Source: Escherichia phage HildyBeyeler. Taken from it: a DNA stretch of 64,000 nucleotides. Of the stretch, positions 1-8,519 are shown one piece after another (the first letter of the stretch is position 1; each line of letters starts with the position of its first letter). Position numbers and translations under genes: made by a program. The notes under the pieces are model-generated. The model was not told the origin of the DNA. It searched no databases and saw only the letters and a list, made by a program, of their open reading frames with translations. The stretch is taken from the sequence record MZ501074; one strand, written 5' to 3'.

Positions 1-1220
1 TTAGAGTTATTAACAAAGGCTTTTAATGCCTGTTTTCGACCGTTATTAAAATAATCTTGAATATTACGACTATTATCTTTAGTTGCAATATACTCAGATA
101 AAGCTGGGCGGATCTCCTTCTCTAGCCAACCAAAATCTACACCATCCTCTAACGCTCGGTGATATAGCTTTGGAATAATACGTAGATATACACCATCCTC
201 AGCCTCTTCTAACTCGCTAATGGTTTCTTCTACTTTATCAGAAGCAATCTTTTTGCCTTTAATTTGATCGAGTAAAGAGTAGAATTCCTCTTTAAACTCC
301 CCTCTAGTTGTTTCATAGTCAACCAGATTATTAGGTAAATTTACTTTAGAACCCTTAACAAATACCAGACGTGAAGCACCCTCCGCTTTAAACGGATCAA
401 CTATACCATCAGTAAATAAAGGATCTGCAAAGTAATGGAGCTGTACGGAAGAGTAATAAGCTAAGTCGGCAATATCAAAGCCATACTTTTGTCTACTACT
501 TTCATTGATAGATGTAAATAAGAACTTGATCTGACCCTGTGTAACTTTAACATTAGATTCTAGTATTAAGTGCATTCGGATACCTGGTTTTAGTCCAGCC
601 GAAGACGATGCATGAGCAATAAACCCTGCATCAAGAGGAAACATATCCTCACTAATACTATTCAACATTCTAATAATATGACGCGCCATGCCAACAAGAT
701 CAAACTTGTTACAACCTCCTGTATCTACAATACCATCCACGTCCATTGCAATTATATGACTTGGGTTAGATACATTAAAGTTGTCCTTCTTACGCCGCAC
801 ATTATTTTTAGGTGCAAGACATCGACCTCGTACCGCAACGATATGGGGGTCAGACGTTAAACGTCTCATAAGAGGGAGCATTTCTACTAGGGTTTGAGGA
901 TCAACTTCATCAATTACATCAAACTTGAAGGGCATTGAAGCTGGTTTACCTTCAGGATGCTTTGAGGAAAATCTTTTAGCAAAAAGATAATCTTCTGCTT
1001 TAACTTCTCGCCAATTGCCCGTGGCTAAATCGCGATGAAATCCTGCATGACCTTGTAGGATTGAGAACACAACAATACTCCTGTGTTGGAAATGAAATAA
1101 GTTTTCTTTAGGACTATTCAGAAAGAATAGAACAACTGTTACTGTCAATTTCTCAACAATTAATCGCAAATACTGAAGTGGGGTGGCAACTTCCACTTTC
1201 ACGCTGCGCTGCTGCCTCAT
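1..1220 (-). CDS. hypothetical protein, C-terminal part runs off window start; possible primase/polymerase-like protein
   Basis: Hand translation: ATG at 1220-1218 stays open to position 1 (over 400 codons); absent from ORF track (no stop in window); IIAMDVDG and SAGLKPGIRMH motifs. Confidence 0.5.
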   Translation of the reverse strand, partial: MRQQRSVKVEVATPLQYLRLIVEKLTVTVVLFFLNSPKENLFHFQHRSIVVFSILQGHAGFHRDLATGNWREVKAEDYLFAKRFSSKHPEGKPASMPFKFDVIDEVDPQTLVEMLPLMRRLTSDPHIVAVRGRCLAPKNNVRRKKDNFNVSNPSHIIAMDVDGIVDTGGCNKFDLVGMARHIIRMLNSISEDMFPLDAGFIAHASSSAGLKPGIRMHLILESNVKVTQGQIKFLFTSINESSRQKYGFDIADLAYYSSVQLHYFADPLFTDGIVDPFKAEGASRLVFVKGSKVNLPNNLVDYETTRGEFKEEFYSLLDQIKGKKIASDKVEETISELEEAEDGVYLRIIPKLYHRALEDGVDFGWLEKEIRPALSEYIATKDNSRNIQDYFNNGRKQALKAFVNNS

Positions 1221-1771
1221 TATACCGCACAAATCCTTGAGGATGGCCGCTAAGCCGGATTTGCTCACCTAATGCTTCATATACTAGCTCATACTAGATG
1301 CAATATAACTTACAGAATCACGTCTCGGTAGTTTTTCACTCCTCCCATCTCACTTCACAACCACCTCATACTAGGTTGCTTCGAGGCCTTACCAGGGTTC
1401 CTATGGGACGCAGATCGCTAAGTATTCTATTAACTATTTGTTTAAAAACTAACACGTAACAGTTAAAACAACCCTTAATGGGGCAGCCTAACTGTTCCGT
1501 ATCGCGGATTGTAAACAAGAAAAAACTTTTTCGTAAAGCTCTAGCAACGTACCTTATGCAGCTATTTACGGGTCATCGATTCCTCTCGCCGTAAATCCAT
1601 TGTCAGCTTCACTAAGAAAAATTAGCAAAATCAATTTTTACTAATGTCTCTCAATTCAATATAAATATTATAGCAAGATTTTGAGCATCATGCAAGTAAA
1701 TTTTTAAGGAGAATGCTATCAGTGTCTTTGAGCACAGTGAAAACCGAGCCAAAATGACTCGGTTATGTGGA

Positions 1772-1966
1772 TTAGACACTTAAAATACTTCTAATCTCTT
1801 CTATATACTTATCTACTTTTTTAGCATCTATTTTACTTAGTTTTCCTATATCAAAATCAGGATCAGTCAAATATCTTGCCATAAATTTTACTTGTTTAGC
1901 TGAAAGTTGACCCTTATTCCACTTTTTAATTTTACCATAACATACCCAATATTCTTTATTCATCAT
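1772..1966 (-). CDS. hypothetical small protein
   Basis: ORF track; last gene of compact minus-strand array. Confidence 0.4.
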   Translation of the reverse strand: MMNKEYWVCYGKIKKWNKGQLSAKQVKFMARYLTDPDFDIGKLSKIDAKKVDKYIEEIRSILSV

Positions 1967-2348
1967 TTAGTCCCGAAACATAAATCCCAACACGGTTTAA
2001 TTGTTCTTTGGCTTCTTTGAGAATATCTGGAGTGTACTCCCAAATATCATCTTCCACCTGTAAAAGATGGGGCGAACAACCGTCATCGGGCACACGACAT
2101 ATGGCCAAACCACGTGGATGGAACAAAGAGAAATTTAGTGCAACAATTAAACCCATAGCAGACAACTCATTCCAATCCAATTCCCATTCCCTAGCGTAGC
2201 CTGATAGGAAAACACCAATACAGGGATCGTCTATTTGCTGCTCCGGAAAAGTAAAGGAGGCTTGTCTTACCCCCAACCAACGTTGTAGCAGCTTCTCCGC
2301 ACGCTTCACCAAACTAGGATCAATCTGACGCCAATATACTTGTTCCAT
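1956..2348 (-). CDS. hypothetical protein, paralog of 2358-2786
   Basis: ORF track; shares CIG...MGL(I/V)xALN...LF(H/M)P motifs with neighbour. Confidence 0.55.
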   Translation of the reverse strand: MEQVYWRQIDPSLVKRAEKLLQRWLGVRQASFTFPEQQIDDPCIGVFLSGYAREWELDWNELSAMGLIVALNFSLFHPRGLAICRVPDDGCSPHLLQVEDDIWEYTPDILKEAKEQLNRVGIYVSGLNDE

Positions 2349-2357
2349 TGTGCCACC

Positions 2358-2786
2358 TTAGGCAGTTAAACCAGGAATTTGATAACCAAAACGACGAAGT
2401 TTCTGGATACCATCATTTACTTCTTCCGGTGAGTAAGACCAACCGTAATGTTCATCAACTTGAAAGCCAGGAGATTCACTGGTTTTATAGTTAACAACAA
2501 TACGGTGTTTATTGGGCATAAATAGCTTATAGTTTAATGCAAAAACCAACCCCATTTCATCCAGCTCTTTCCAGCCGACAATCTCTTCCAGACCATCCTC
2601 TACCTGCACAACTAGACCAATACACGGGGCCTCATCAATATCATCTTTAAAAGCAAAGGAGATTTCATTATTTTCACACCATATTTTCAAGGAGTTAATA
2701 GTCTCATTATACAGGCTAGCTGGGAGAGTACGCCAGAAGTTAACCAAAATTGGATTAGCTTCTTTAGAGAATACATTATTGAACAT
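2358..2786 (-). CDS. hypothetical protein, paralog of 1956-2348
   Basis: ORF track; tandem duplicate. Confidence 0.55.
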   Translation of the reverse strand: MFNNVFSKEANPILVNFWRTLPASLYNETINSLKIWCENNEISFAFKDDIDEAPCIGLVVQVEDGLEEIVGWKELDEMGLVFALNYKLFMPNKHRIVVNYKTSESPGFQVDEHYGWSYSPEEVNDGIQKLRRFGYQIPGLTA

Positions 2787-2788
2787 AT

Positions 2789-3295
2789 TTACACCTTAAG
2801 TTGTTGTAGGGCTTTACACATTTCAAGATCTGGACTAAATTCTAGCATATAGCTAACAGCCATTAAATCTTGAAGGTTTATTCCAGTTCTACCGTTGACT
2901 ATAACCGTTGGATACTGGTACATCATAGCACCAGCGTCATCCAGCACACACCAATGTTTGAGCTTATGCTTTTCAACGAAGCGAAGAACAGAATTACCCC
3001 TAGATAGCCCACCACCAGTAAAATCCGTTGTACCAAGAAAACGATCAATAAGATCTAATCTGGTCATAATCTGAACGTTCTCCATCTCATTCCTGACAGA
3101 GAACCATGAAGATACCCCAACAATCATTATTGGAGAAGGACGAATAAAGTCCTGAAAAGCCTTGAGAAGCGGCTTAAAAACCCAGTCACTTCCAAAGAAA
3201 ATCTTTTCATCATCAGGTGCATGATGGTGGGAGATGCTCGAATTAAGCACCCCATCGATGTCTAGAAAAATAATTGGAGTATTACTTATTTCCAT
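2789..3295 (-). CDS. HAD-superfamily phosphatase-like protein
   Basis: N-terminal IIFLDIDGVLN (DxDG HAD motif I). Confidence 0.5.
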   Translation of the reverse strand: MEISNTPIIFLDIDGVLNSSISHHHAPDDEKIFFGSDWVFKPLLKAFQDFIRPSPIMIVGVSSWFSVRNEMENVQIMTRLDLIDRFLGTTDFTGGGLSRGNSVLRFVEKHKLKHWCVLDDAGAMMYQYPTVIVNGRTGINLQDLMAVSYMLEFSPDLEMCKALQQLKV

Positions 3296-3464
3296 TTCTG
3301 TTCCTTTCTAAGAACGTATCATACTCAACCGTATCAACATATATGACACCATAGTCATCGGATTTATAGTCCATTTCCCATAGCTCACATCGATAGCACC
3401 AACTACCATCCGCCCATACAAATATATCATCGGGATGTGTATACACAGATTTAACTATGGACAT
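3282..3464 (-). CDS. hypothetical small protein
   Basis: ORF track; overlaps neighbours by a few nt. Confidence 0.4.
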   Translation of the reverse strand: MSIVKSVYTHPDDIFVWADGSWCYRCELWEMDYKSDDYGVIYVDTVEYDTFLERNRNGNK

Positions 3465-4279
3465 ATTTGTTTTCCCGGCATATAAGGTCTACCCTCTAGA
3501 TGAGCTTCTACACGAGCAATAAAACCAGGATCACTGAAAGCATCTACTGCACCTTTACTCCAGTAAGGAATACCACGATCTTCCAGTTGGTACATATCAC
3601 TACGAGTCATACCTTGATAGCCTGGTTTCGACGCTAGGGCACTATCATAGTAGTTAACTACCATAAGTTTCGCAGCAGTCCGATTAAGAACAGGGAATAG
3701 TTCCCAGTAGAAGTTAATTACTTGGTTAGAGCAACCAACTACAACGATCATATCTTGACTGGTAATACCATCAAAAATATTGTACATTTCTGCGTACGCT
3801 GGAGCATGCTCACCAAAAAAGATTACATTAGGTTTAACCCATTTATAATCATCTGGGTCAATAGAGTTATACCCAACATCAATAACCCGTTTATTACTAC
3901 TATTGTAGCTATCAGCTACAACAACCTCTTTTAAATATCCGTGAATGTGCAGAATATCACTATGTGGAACGCCAGCACGCTCAATAAGGTCATCAACGTT
4001 GGTAGTCAAGTTTACTACTTGACCCGGATATTTCTTATACCATTCACCAATACGCAAGTGTGCAAGATTAGGTTCAACAGTTTCTAACTCTTCACGCCGC
4101 TTGTTGTAAAACATATGGGTTTTATGATAAAAGTTACCACGAAAGGCGTGAATATTACATACTTCTTCTAGATCATAATCATCCCACAGTGCTTTACCAC
4201 TAGCAGTATCGGTACGAAAAGCTCGTACACCACTTTCAACGCTCAAACCTGCACCGCTAATAATAATTAATCTACGCAC
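3455..4279 (-). CDS. Sir2-family NAD-dependent protein (sirtuin-like)
   Basis: GAGLSVESG near N-terminus, TTNVD, HG and VVVGCS motifs in sirtuin order. Confidence 0.65.
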   Translation of the reverse strand: MRRLIIISGAGLSVESGVRAFRTDTASGKALWDDYDLEEVCNIHAFRGNFYHKTHMFYNKRREELETVEPNLAHLRIGEWYKKYPGQVVNLTTNVDDLIERAGVPHSDILHIHGYLKEVVVADSYNSSNKRVIDVGYNSIDPDDYKWVKPNVIFFGEHAPAYAEMYNIFDGITSQDMIVVVGCSNQVINFYWELFPVLNRTAAKLMVVNYYDSALASKPGYQGMTRSDMYQLEDRGIPYWSKGAVDAFSDPGFIARVEAHLEGRPYMPGKQICP

Positions 4280-4473
4280 TATACGATTCCTCGCTTAAAT
4301 CCTTCGATAATATTTCGGAGTAAAATTGCTTCCTCCGGGCGTACCTTCTCTTGCTTAATAAGCATATCCAATCCAGCAATACAACTAGTTACACCAGCAT
4401 TATAACCAGAGTTCCATTGCTCAATGAGCATGTTTTCTAGATTACTTTTTAGATTCTGATTCAAGAAGTCCAT
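4279..4473 (-). CDS. hypothetical protein
   Basis: ORF track; AGGAG 7 nt upstream of ATG. Confidence 0.45.
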   Translation of the reverse strand: MDFLNQNLKSNLENMLIEQWNSGYNAGVTSCIAGLDMLIKQEKVRPEEAILLRNIIEGFKRGIV

Positions 4474-4648
4474 AAAGTTTCTCCTCTAGTCCCATAATAC
4501 GATTTTCATAAGAAGCACGCAACTTTTCAATTGCCAGCGCACGCACTGTAACCTCATTAGAATTAATAGCTAACTGGGCCAGATCTTCTGTTTCCATACG
4601 TCCGTTGTAAATTAAGCGATATTTAAGGTGTTTCACATTCTTGGTCAT
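4442..4648 (-). CDS. hypothetical protein
   Basis: ORF track frame; start moved to internal ATG 4648 preceded by GGAG. Confidence 0.4.
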   Translation of the reverse strand: MTKNVKHLKYRLIYNGRMETEDLAQLAINSNEVTVRALAIEKLRASYENRIMGLEEKLYGLLESESKK

Positions 4649-5021
4649 TATTAAACTCCACTGCAACTGTTTCTAGGTCTTCGTCAAAAAAACTAGAGTA
4701 TGTATCTTTAAGATACTGTTTAATACTCCAAGTAATATCTTCGTATCCATCTGGACTACGTTGGTATACTTTTAACACTCTATTATACACAAATTCAAGA
4801 TTACATTTTACTTCATCTCTGTCTTCATCAAACAAGCAATATGGGTTATATGGCGATACATCTAGATTTGTTTCCACCCAATCACCAATAACGGTGGGGT
4901 ATCCAGCACCATCTATATGAGAGTAATCACCTGTGGCAGCAAAGACAGCCTCAGCAATATCATCCACGCCCAGATGGAAATCACCACATGTAGATTCAAC
5001 TATATAGGGCTTTAATTCCAT
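4623..5021 (-). CDS. hypothetical acidic protein
   Basis: ORF track; immediately downstream of nrdD, no radical-SAM CxxxCxxC so not NrdG. Confidence 0.5.
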   Translation of the reverse strand: MELKPYIVESTCGDFHLGVDDIAEAVFAATGDYSHIDGAGYPTVIGDWVETNLDVSPYNPYCLFDEDRDEVKCNLEFVYNRVLKVYQRSPDGYEDITWSIKQYLKDTYSSFFDEDLETVAVEFNNDQECETP

Positions 5022-5120
5022 ATCTTTCTCCTCTCAAATTTATAAATCTATTATACATAAATTTTTAGCTGAAAGCAAATAAAATAAAAGCCAGGTCGAC
5101 TAGCAACCCGGCTGATTAGC

Positions 5121-6947
5121 TTACTTAAGATTTAAGTGTTTTACTCTACCAAGAACTTCTTTTTGTTTCCCAGAATTGAAAGGCCTACTGCTAGGGGATC
5201 CCAAGTACCCGCAAACCCTACGTGTAACCTCTATTTCTTCAGACCCACAACTCGGACATACAAACCCACGTTCAGAGGCAACAGATTCACCCATATACCC
5301 ACAGTTGAAGCACTCATCAATTGGTATATTAACACCAATATAATGGCTACATTCTAGCCCCTTATCCACCACATACTCAAGAGCTTTGTGGAACTTTTTC
5401 ATTTGAGGTAGTTCCACAAATGATATATTACCACCATTAGCTATTTTGGTAAAATGAGCCTCGTACTCAAATTTAGTATCTGGGGCTACCTTCTCTCTTA
5501 CGTCCAAATGGTGACTATTAGTGAGATAGCCTTTATCTGTTAGCCAAGAATACTCTGGGAATCTACGTTCTAGTAATTTATTAAAACGATTACATAGAGA
5601 CTCACTAGGAGTAGCGTATAAGCTAAATCCAAGATTAGTCTCATTAGCTTTAACTTCGCAACGATTTTTTAGGTGAGTAAGAACTTCTTCTGTAAATTCA
5701 ATACAATCCCTATGGGTTTGTGGTAGACCAAACATTATTTGGCACATCTCATAGACCCCAATGTATCCAAGAGATACAGAAGATCTACCCTCAAAAATAG
5801 GCCATACATACTCTTCCCCATCTAAACGCACACCAAAACCACCGTGCATATAAAGAATAGGGGCTTGTTTAGCCTTAACTTTCTTCAGTCTGTTTAAGAA
5901 GAAGTCATGCGCTTCAAAAGCCTCATCCACATATTTGTCTAGAATATCCCAGAAATCTTCAAAAACCCCATCTGCCTCAGCAGCAACCATAGGTAGATTA
6001 ATAGACACTACACCTAAATTATTGCGCCCTGCAATTTCTCCGGAGGGGATAGCAGATAAAAAGCTACGACAACCCATAGGTGCTTTAAAATCACCAGTAA
6101 CAGCTACAACTTTCTCATAGCTTAAATAGTCCGGGTACATACGGGTAGCAGAACACTCAAGTGCTAGCTGTTTTATATCGTAGTTAGGATCGCCTGGATT
6201 TTTATTTAACCCTTCTTTAACTGAGAATACTAGTTTAGGGAAGATAGGGGTTGACTCAGCAGCACCTAAACCTTTAATACGGTTTTGGAGGATGGCTTTC
6301 TGAATCATCCTTTCCTCCCACTCCTGTCCTAGCCCAAAGCCAAGCGTAACAAAAGGAGTCTGTCCATTAGAGTTAAATAATGAATTAGTTTCATACTCTA
6401 GGGCTTGGAATGCGTCATAACACTCTTTTTCAGTGAGTTCAGTAGCATATACAGCAGCTTTCCTTTCATCCTTGAGCCAACGTAGACCACGACCCAGGTG
6501 CTTATCATAAGACTTTCTGACATAAGGGGCTAAAACCTCATCGATACGATCAATAGAAGTGCCACCATACTGAGCACCAGATACTTGGGCAATAATCTGA
6601 GCAGTGATTGCACATGCAGTAGTTATGGATTTAGGAGTTTCAATATTTGCATTACCAATTTTAGTACCATTCTTCAGCATGCCACCAAGGTCTACTAAAC
6701 AACAGTTAGTGTATCCCTGTGCCCTGTAATCCATATCATGGATGTGTATTTTACCTAGATTATGGGAGTCTAATAGATGTTTAGGTAATTCTTGTGCTAC
6801 TAAATACTTGTTGATTTCTCCAGCTAATAAGTCTCTTTGGGTATGGAACATCTCACTAGGCTTATTAGCATTATTATGTTGTAAGTCCTTATCAGCAGTT
6901 AGAGTGAGCAGGCCTTTGCAATTCTCAATTAATTCATTCTCTGTCAT
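5121..6947 (-). CDS. nrdD: anaerobic ribonucleoside-triphosphate reductase (class III RNR)
   Basis: 608 aa; C-terminal CxxC..CxxC zinc ribbon followed by RVCGY glycyl-radical motif. Confidence 0.9.
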   Translation of the reverse strand: MTENELIENCKGLLTLTADKDLQHNNANKPSEMFHTQRDLLAGEINKYLVAQELPKHLLDSHNLGKIHIHDMDYRAQGYTNCCLVDLGGMLKNGTKIGNANIETPKSITTACAITAQIIAQVSGAQYGGTSIDRIDEVLAPYVRKSYDKHLGRGLRWLKDERKAAVYATELTEKECYDAFQALEYETNSLFNSNGQTPFVTLGFGLGQEWEERMIQKAILQNRIKGLGAAESTPIFPKLVFSVKEGLNKNPGDPNYDIKQLALECSATRMYPDYLSYEKVVAVTGDFKAPMGCRSFLSAIPSGEIAGRNNLGVVSINLPMVAAEADGVFEDFWDILDKYVDEAFEAHDFFLNRLKKVKAKQAPILYMHGGFGVRLDGEEYVWPIFEGRSSVSLGYIGVYEMCQIMFGLPQTHRDCIEFTEEVLTHLKNRCEVKANETNLGFSLYATPSESLCNRFNKLLERRFPEYSWLTDKGYLTNSHHLDVREKVAPDTKFEYEAHFTKIANGGNISFVELPQMKKFHKALEYVVDKGLECSHYIGVNIPIDECFNCGYMGESVASERGFVCPSCGSEEIEVTRRVCGYLGSPSSRPFNSGKQKEVLGRVKHLNLK

Positions 6948-7137
6948 TGATTATTTCCTCAATAAACTTTATAGCTACTTTTGGTTCAATATTGAAGAAT
7001 TCCGTAGCGCCGTCAAAATCTTTGTACTGGCAATTCTGCTCTTTAAAGTAGTTATGGGCTAATTTTTCTATTCGAACTGCACTACTATATTCTCCAATTT
7101 CAAATACTTTAATTTTTTCGGCATTACTCTTCTCCAC
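6934..7137 (-). CDS. hypothetical protein
   Basis: ORF track; first gene of leftward operon. Confidence 0.45.
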   Translation of the reverse strand: MEKSNAEKIKVFEIGEYSSAVRIEKLAHNYFKEQNCQYKDFDGATEFFNIEPKVAIKFIEEIINDRE

Positions 7138-7318
7138 AGAATTTTCACACCTATTATACTAAACATTATCCACTATGTCAATTAAAATTTTCTTTCGCCA
7201 CCTAATACTGTAATATTCCGCGTATAAATAAATGATTATCTAATACCATACATTTCCCGTTAAAAGCAAGCAAATTTTTTATTTAAATGCAATATCATAG
7301 GCTTATTTAAAATTGTAG

Positions 7319-7347
7319 TTGCTTTTTACTGCATATACTGGTATAAT
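7319..7347 (+). promoter_or_regulatory. sigma70-type promoter (TTGCTT-17-TATAAT)
   Basis: Hexamers read directly; upstream A/T tract; precedes phoH. Confidence 0.6.
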
Positions 7348-7423
7348 ATATTTGTAAGTTGATAAACAAGATCTCTTTGTTGATCCTCTGTTAGAAGCGA
7401 AGTACACTATAGGAGTGTTATGT

Positions 7424-8176
7424 ATGGGAAAAGCACGTCAAAAAAGAGAGAACCGCAATGGTTCAAGAAAGCGTGGCAACAAATATGAGAATAACGTAAT
7501 TCAGGCTGATTTTTCTAATGATTACGCTAACCCAGTTGCTAAATCCCTAGTAGGTAAAAACCGAGAGCAAAAATCATATATCAATATGATCAAGAACAAC
7601 ACAGTGACTGTGGGTATCGGTGAGCCAGGTACAGGTAAAACCTTTATCCCGTCTGTTCTTGCAGCTCAGGAACTCGTAGACATTCACTCAGATATTGAGC
7701 AAGTGATCCTCGTACGTCCTAATGAACCTCTAGGTAAGTCTCTTGGTATGCTTCCTGGTGATCTAGCAGAAAAGCTAGAGCCTTGGTTGGAGCCAATAGC
7801 TGATGGTATGAAATGGGCCATCGGTGATCATGCCTATAGGGGATACGTCGAACGTCAGAAAATTAAATTTTTGGCTATCGAACATGCTCGTGGCAGAACT
7901 TTCAACAACTCCTATGTAATTGTCGATGAAGCTCAGAATATTTCCGTTGAGGCAATGATTTGTCTCCTAACTCGTGTAGGACAAGACTGCCGTTTAATTA
8001 TCTGCGGAGATATAGCTCAGAAAGACATTAAAGGTGACTCAGGTCTAGCACTCCTTATGGAAGTCTATGAGAAATACGAAAATGCCCCCTTCTCAATGAT
8101 CGAATTGATTGATAACGTTCGTTCTGCTGAGTCTAAAGCATTCTACGATATTTTTAAAGACATGGGGAAGGTGTAA
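7424..8176 (+). CDS. phoH: PhoH-like ATPase
   Basis: Walker A GEPGTGKTF and VDEAQN; ATG 7424 with AGGAG 8 nt upstream (track start 7415 is GTG). Confidence 0.8.
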   Translation: MGKARQKRENRNGSRKRGNKYENNVIQADFSNDYANPVAKSLVGKNREQKSYINMIKNNTVTVGIGEPGTGKTFIPSVLAAQELVDIHSDIEQVILVRPNEPLGKSLGMLPGDLAEKLEPWLEPIADGMKWAIGDHAYRGYVERQKIKFLAIEHARGRTFNNSYVIVDEAQNISVEAMICLLTRVGQDCRLIICGDIAQKDIKGDSGLALLMEVYEKYENAPFSMIELIDNVRSAESKAFYDIFKDMGKV

Positions 8177-8177
8177 T

Positions 8178-8375
8178 ATGGGAGACGTTGTACATCTACA
8201 CCGAAAAACTAAAATACATCGTACTTCACTGAGTGCTGCTAATATGATTACACGTAAGGAAGGGGAAGAAAGTCCTAAGACTACCCTAGCGTGGAAAATT
8301 GTAACCTCAAATCCAAATCGGCCCTTCAATTATAACGAACTAAGTACCTCAATAGATATTCTGCTGAGAACTTAA
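8178..8375 (+). CDS. hypothetical small protein
   Basis: ATG directly after phoH stop; in frame with track ORF 8109-8375. Confidence 0.3.
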   Translation: MGDVVHLHRKTKIHRTSLSAANMITRKEGEESPKTTLAWKIVTSNPNRPFNYNELSTSIDILLRT

Positions 8376-8519
8376 GTGGCCAAAAACTAGACTGACAACA
8401 CAGAAGGCCTGGGTATGAAAGTACTCGGGCCTTTTCTATCAGAAAATTTTATTTGCCAAATGACTGAGAATAAAGTAAACTATTTCCTAAATCCTGATAA
8501 CTATAAAAAGGAAAGCCAA

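Noticed and set aside
612-860. Plus-strand ORF of 82 aa from the track
   Set aside because: Lies antisense inside a minus-strand ORF that is open from 1220 to the window edge; no RBS
8415-8519. Upstream ATG 8415 as the nrdA start
   Set aside because: It lies within a terminator-like hairpin and has a weak RBS; ATG 8520 has an AAGGAAA RBS and starts the ATP-cone
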